Below are positions 61,100-64,000 of a DNA stretch of 64,000 nucleotides, piece by piece. Each line of letters begins with the position of its first letter. Position 1 is the first letter of the stretch. The DNA is taken from positions 1 to 64,000 of the forward strand of contig CALKOM010000014.1 in assembly GCA_938091905.1 (NCBI GenBank), read 5' to 3'. The DNA is from an uncultured Verrucomicrobiales bacterium (GTDB lineage Bacteria > Verrucomicrobiota > Verrucomicrobiia > Verrucomicrobiales > DEV007). Made by a program: the position numbers and the translations under genes. The notes beneath the pieces are model-generated. The model did not search any database. It saw only the letters and a program-made list of their open reading frames with translations, and was not told the DNA's origin.

Positions 61100-61139
61100 T
61101 CGACGCCCGAGCACGCTTGCAACCGTGCTCGGGCGTCGA
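61100..61139. repeat. Perfect 16-bp GC-rich inverted repeat
   Basis: TCGACGCCCGAGCACG-CTTGCAAC-CGTGCTCGGGCGTCGA. Confidence 0.85.
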
Positions 61140-61148
61140 ACCTGAAGC

Positions 61149-63407
61149 ATGGTCAGAGCGGCCCTCCTGCTTCTCTTGCTCCACGCAACGGTGCTCTCAA
61201 TAGTGAGTGGTGCTTCCGCTTGGAAAGCAGACGTCCTCCCTTTCTTTGAGAACTATTGCTACGACTGCCACGGTGACGGCACGGAGAAAGGCGACCTTTC
61301 CCTGAATGGCTACCTCACGGAAGCCTCCGTTCTTAAGGACATCAAGGTCTGGGATACGATCAAGTATCAGGTGGAGAACTGGGTGATGCCGCCACCGAAT
61401 AAAGCACAGCCAACACCGACAGAGCGTAAGATGGTCGCCACCTACTTGGAGAATCTGCTCTACCCCTGCGACTGCGACATTCCTGATCCTGGCCGCACTA
61501 CCATCAATCGACTCAATCGCGAACAATACGATGCGCGACCTCGTCGGCATCGATGTCAGACCCACAGACATTTTCCCAGCAGATGATTCAGGCTATGGCT
61601 TTGACAACATCGGCGACGTGCTCACGATTCCGCCCATCCTCATGGAACGGTATCTTATCGGAGCTGATAAGGTCCTCGATGAAGCGATCTTCACGGGGCC
61701 ACCAGAGTCAATCACTAGGATCCACGATGCTTTAGTCATGATGGGAGGTAAACGCTCCGAACAAACCGCACGTGTGTTAGATAAGCTAGGAACAGTAAAA
61801 GTGAGGCACCAGTTTAGACATCAGGGCGACTATAAGATCCGGGTGCGCTTGGGAATGGATAGATCGTCGAACGAGGGACTGAAAACGACGCTCTCCCTCG
61901 ACAAGAAGGTCGTCCACACGGCATCCGTGACCGCTAGCAAGCTTCGCCCAGAAGCGATTGAGACCACCGTGACGGCAAAAAAGGGAGTTCGGAGGTGATC
62001 ATAACTCTCAAAGGGAATCCCGGTAGGAATCGGCTCTTTGTGACGCCAATCGAGATAGAAGGACCATTCCAACCAAAGGCCGATCGGCTACCGCCGTCGC
62101 ACACCGCCATCTTTGGCTAAGTTCCTGGCAACCGTGATCTCAGAACAGCGGAACGTACCATTCGGAGATTCGGTCATCGCGCATTCCGTCGCCCTATCAA
62201 GCCTGATGAAGTCAAGCGGTTGGTAAAGTTCGTTCAGCTCAGTCTGAACCGCGGCGACGGCTTCGAGATGGGAATCAAACAAGCACTCAGAGCTATGCTC
62301 GTTTCGCCACACTTTCTGTTTCGAATCGAATGGCTGCCCGAGCCTAACAATCCCAAACGTGTTGAAGCCGTCACTGAATACGCTCTCGCTTCCCGTCTGT
62401 CTTACTTTCTATGGAGCAGCATGCCGGACAACGAGTTGCTGTCGCTCGCTTTCAAAGGTGAACTCCGCAAGCAACTCAAGCCACAAATCATGCGCATGCT
62501 GGCTGATCCAAAAGCGAACGAGCTTGCACGCAACTTCGGCGGTCAGTGGCTTGAGCCCCGCAACCTACAGGTTCACGAAGCAAATGGGGAGAAGTTTCCT
62601 GAATTTACCCCCAAATTGCGAGACGCCATGGCTCACGAGACGGAGGAGTTCTTTCTACACGTCATGCGTAAGAATCGGCCAGTGACCGAGTTTTTGACTG
62701 CAGACCACACCTTCGTCAACGAACCACTGGAAAAATATTACGATTTGAAGGGAGTCTCCGGACAGGATTTCCAACGTGTTTCTCTAGCAGGCACTCCGAG
62801 GCGCGGCGTGCTCACTCACGCCAGCGTACTCACGGTGACCTCCGATCCCACGCGCACGTCACCGGTGAAACGCGGCAAGTGGATACTAAACAATCCGTTA
62901 GTCACCTCACCACCACCTCCTCCACCGAACGTCCCCGAGCTAGAAGAGAATGACTAAGCCGAACTTAAGGGCAGCTTGCAAGCACGAATGGAGAAATACA
63001 GAGATATTCCTGGGTGCGCGTCATGCCATCGCTTAATAGATCCGTTAGGCTTTGGCCTTGAGCACTTCGGCCCACTCGGCGCCTGGCGAGACAAAGATGG
63101 CGCCTATTCCATCGAGGCAACGGGCGAGCTTGTTTCTGGGCAGCAGTTCGAGGGTTCAGATGAACTCATTGGCATCCTCGATACCAAGAAGCGTGATCTC
63201 TATTACAAATGCCTGGCTCACAAACTACTCACCTACGCTCTTGCACGAGGCCTCGAATACTACGATCGCTGCGCAGTCGATGAAATTCAGGGTAAATTGG
63301 GGAAAGACAGCCGCTTCAACACCGTGGTAATGGCGATTGTAGAGAGCATCCCGTTTCAGAAACGTCGGGGCGATGGATATGTCGAGCCAGATCGAAGCAA
63401 GCGGTAG
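61149..63407 (+). pseudogene. Fragmented planctomycete-type cytochrome c / DUF1587-1595-1592-1588-1585 protein
   Basis: CYDCH, RLNREQY, FPADDSGYGFDN, LVSPHFLFR, LASRLSYFLWSSMPD, TSPVKRGKW, CASCH spread over several frames. In-frame TAA at 62955. Confidence 0.88.
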
Positions 63408-63445
63408 CCCTTGTCATCATTTCGAACCTGAACGGTCCTAAGACC

Positions 63446-64000
63446 ATGAGAAAGACTTCCCTAGACCGTCGCCGATTCCTCCGCGGGCTCGGCTCAACCT
63501 TCCCTTGAATCCCTCGGCGCAGGCCCCAGGGCGGCCACCGGAGCCCGCCCGGTGCGACTCGGGTTCGTCTACCTTCTTAACGGCGTGAATGTGGATCAGT
63601 GGGAGCCGAAAGGCGGTTGCTCCAATCTTAAGCTATCTCAGACACTGGAACCACTGGCACCAGTTCAGGATTACATTCAAGTGCTCAGCGGCCTTAAGCA
63701 CGACAAAGCCCGCGCCAATAGCGATGGGGGGAGGCGATCATGCTAGAGCTAATGCAACCTTCCTCACCGGCGCTCAAGCACGCAAGACTGCTGGAGCGAA
63801 TGTCGAAGTCGGGATCTCCGTCGATCAGATCGCCGCTGATCACGCAGGCAACCTAACAAGGCTGCCATCGTTAGAGTTGACTTGCGACAAACCGCGACGG
63901 GCAGGCAGCTGCGATTCGGGCTATAGCTGTACCTATCAATACAATATTTCCTGGAAATCGGAAACCACGCCAATGACACCGGAGCGCAATCCGCGTGAGG
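63446..64000 (+). pseudogene. Fragmented DUF1552 family protein (runs off window)
   Basis: MRKTSLDRRRFLRGLG then stop; RLGFVYLLNGV..W.P, LEPL, SGL; frameshift to FLTGA...SVDQIAA....TRLPSLEL...CDSGYSC.YQYNISW. Confidence 0.85.

Overview
Bacterial genomic window, moderately GC-rich. It is most consistent with Verrucomicrobiota (PVC superphylum), based on an Amuc_1098-like secretin, a PSD/DUF1592 + DUF1552 locus, DUF1080 and ThuA proteins, and a long IspG. It carries intact housekeeping genes (clpP, trpF, ispG, trkA, nuoA, ispE, birA, trpG, trpE, lpxK, thrB, rph, rpmJ, an Fe3+ ABC transporter). These are interleaved with at least six heavily decayed accessory genes. The strongest hidden signal is selenium biology. 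Two ORFs that the track splits (21106-21846 and 22009-22770) form one continuous frame interrupted only by an in-frame TGA in a thioredoxin-like 'GHPCGET-U-NN' motif, followed by a perfect SECIS-like hairpin. This suggests a probable ~554-aa exported selenoprotein. About 3.5 kb downstream is a SenB-type selenosugar synthase with no senA or selD in the window, but directly preceded by a SAM-dependent methyltransferase. A second notable locus is an arfABC-like trio (BON/OmpA protein, small membrane protein, and a 1351-aa membrane-anchored protein with 12 H3TH/HhH-like repeats). I recognised no rRNA, tRNA, CRISPR array or intact mobile element. All family calls come from motif recognition by eye; no searches were run.
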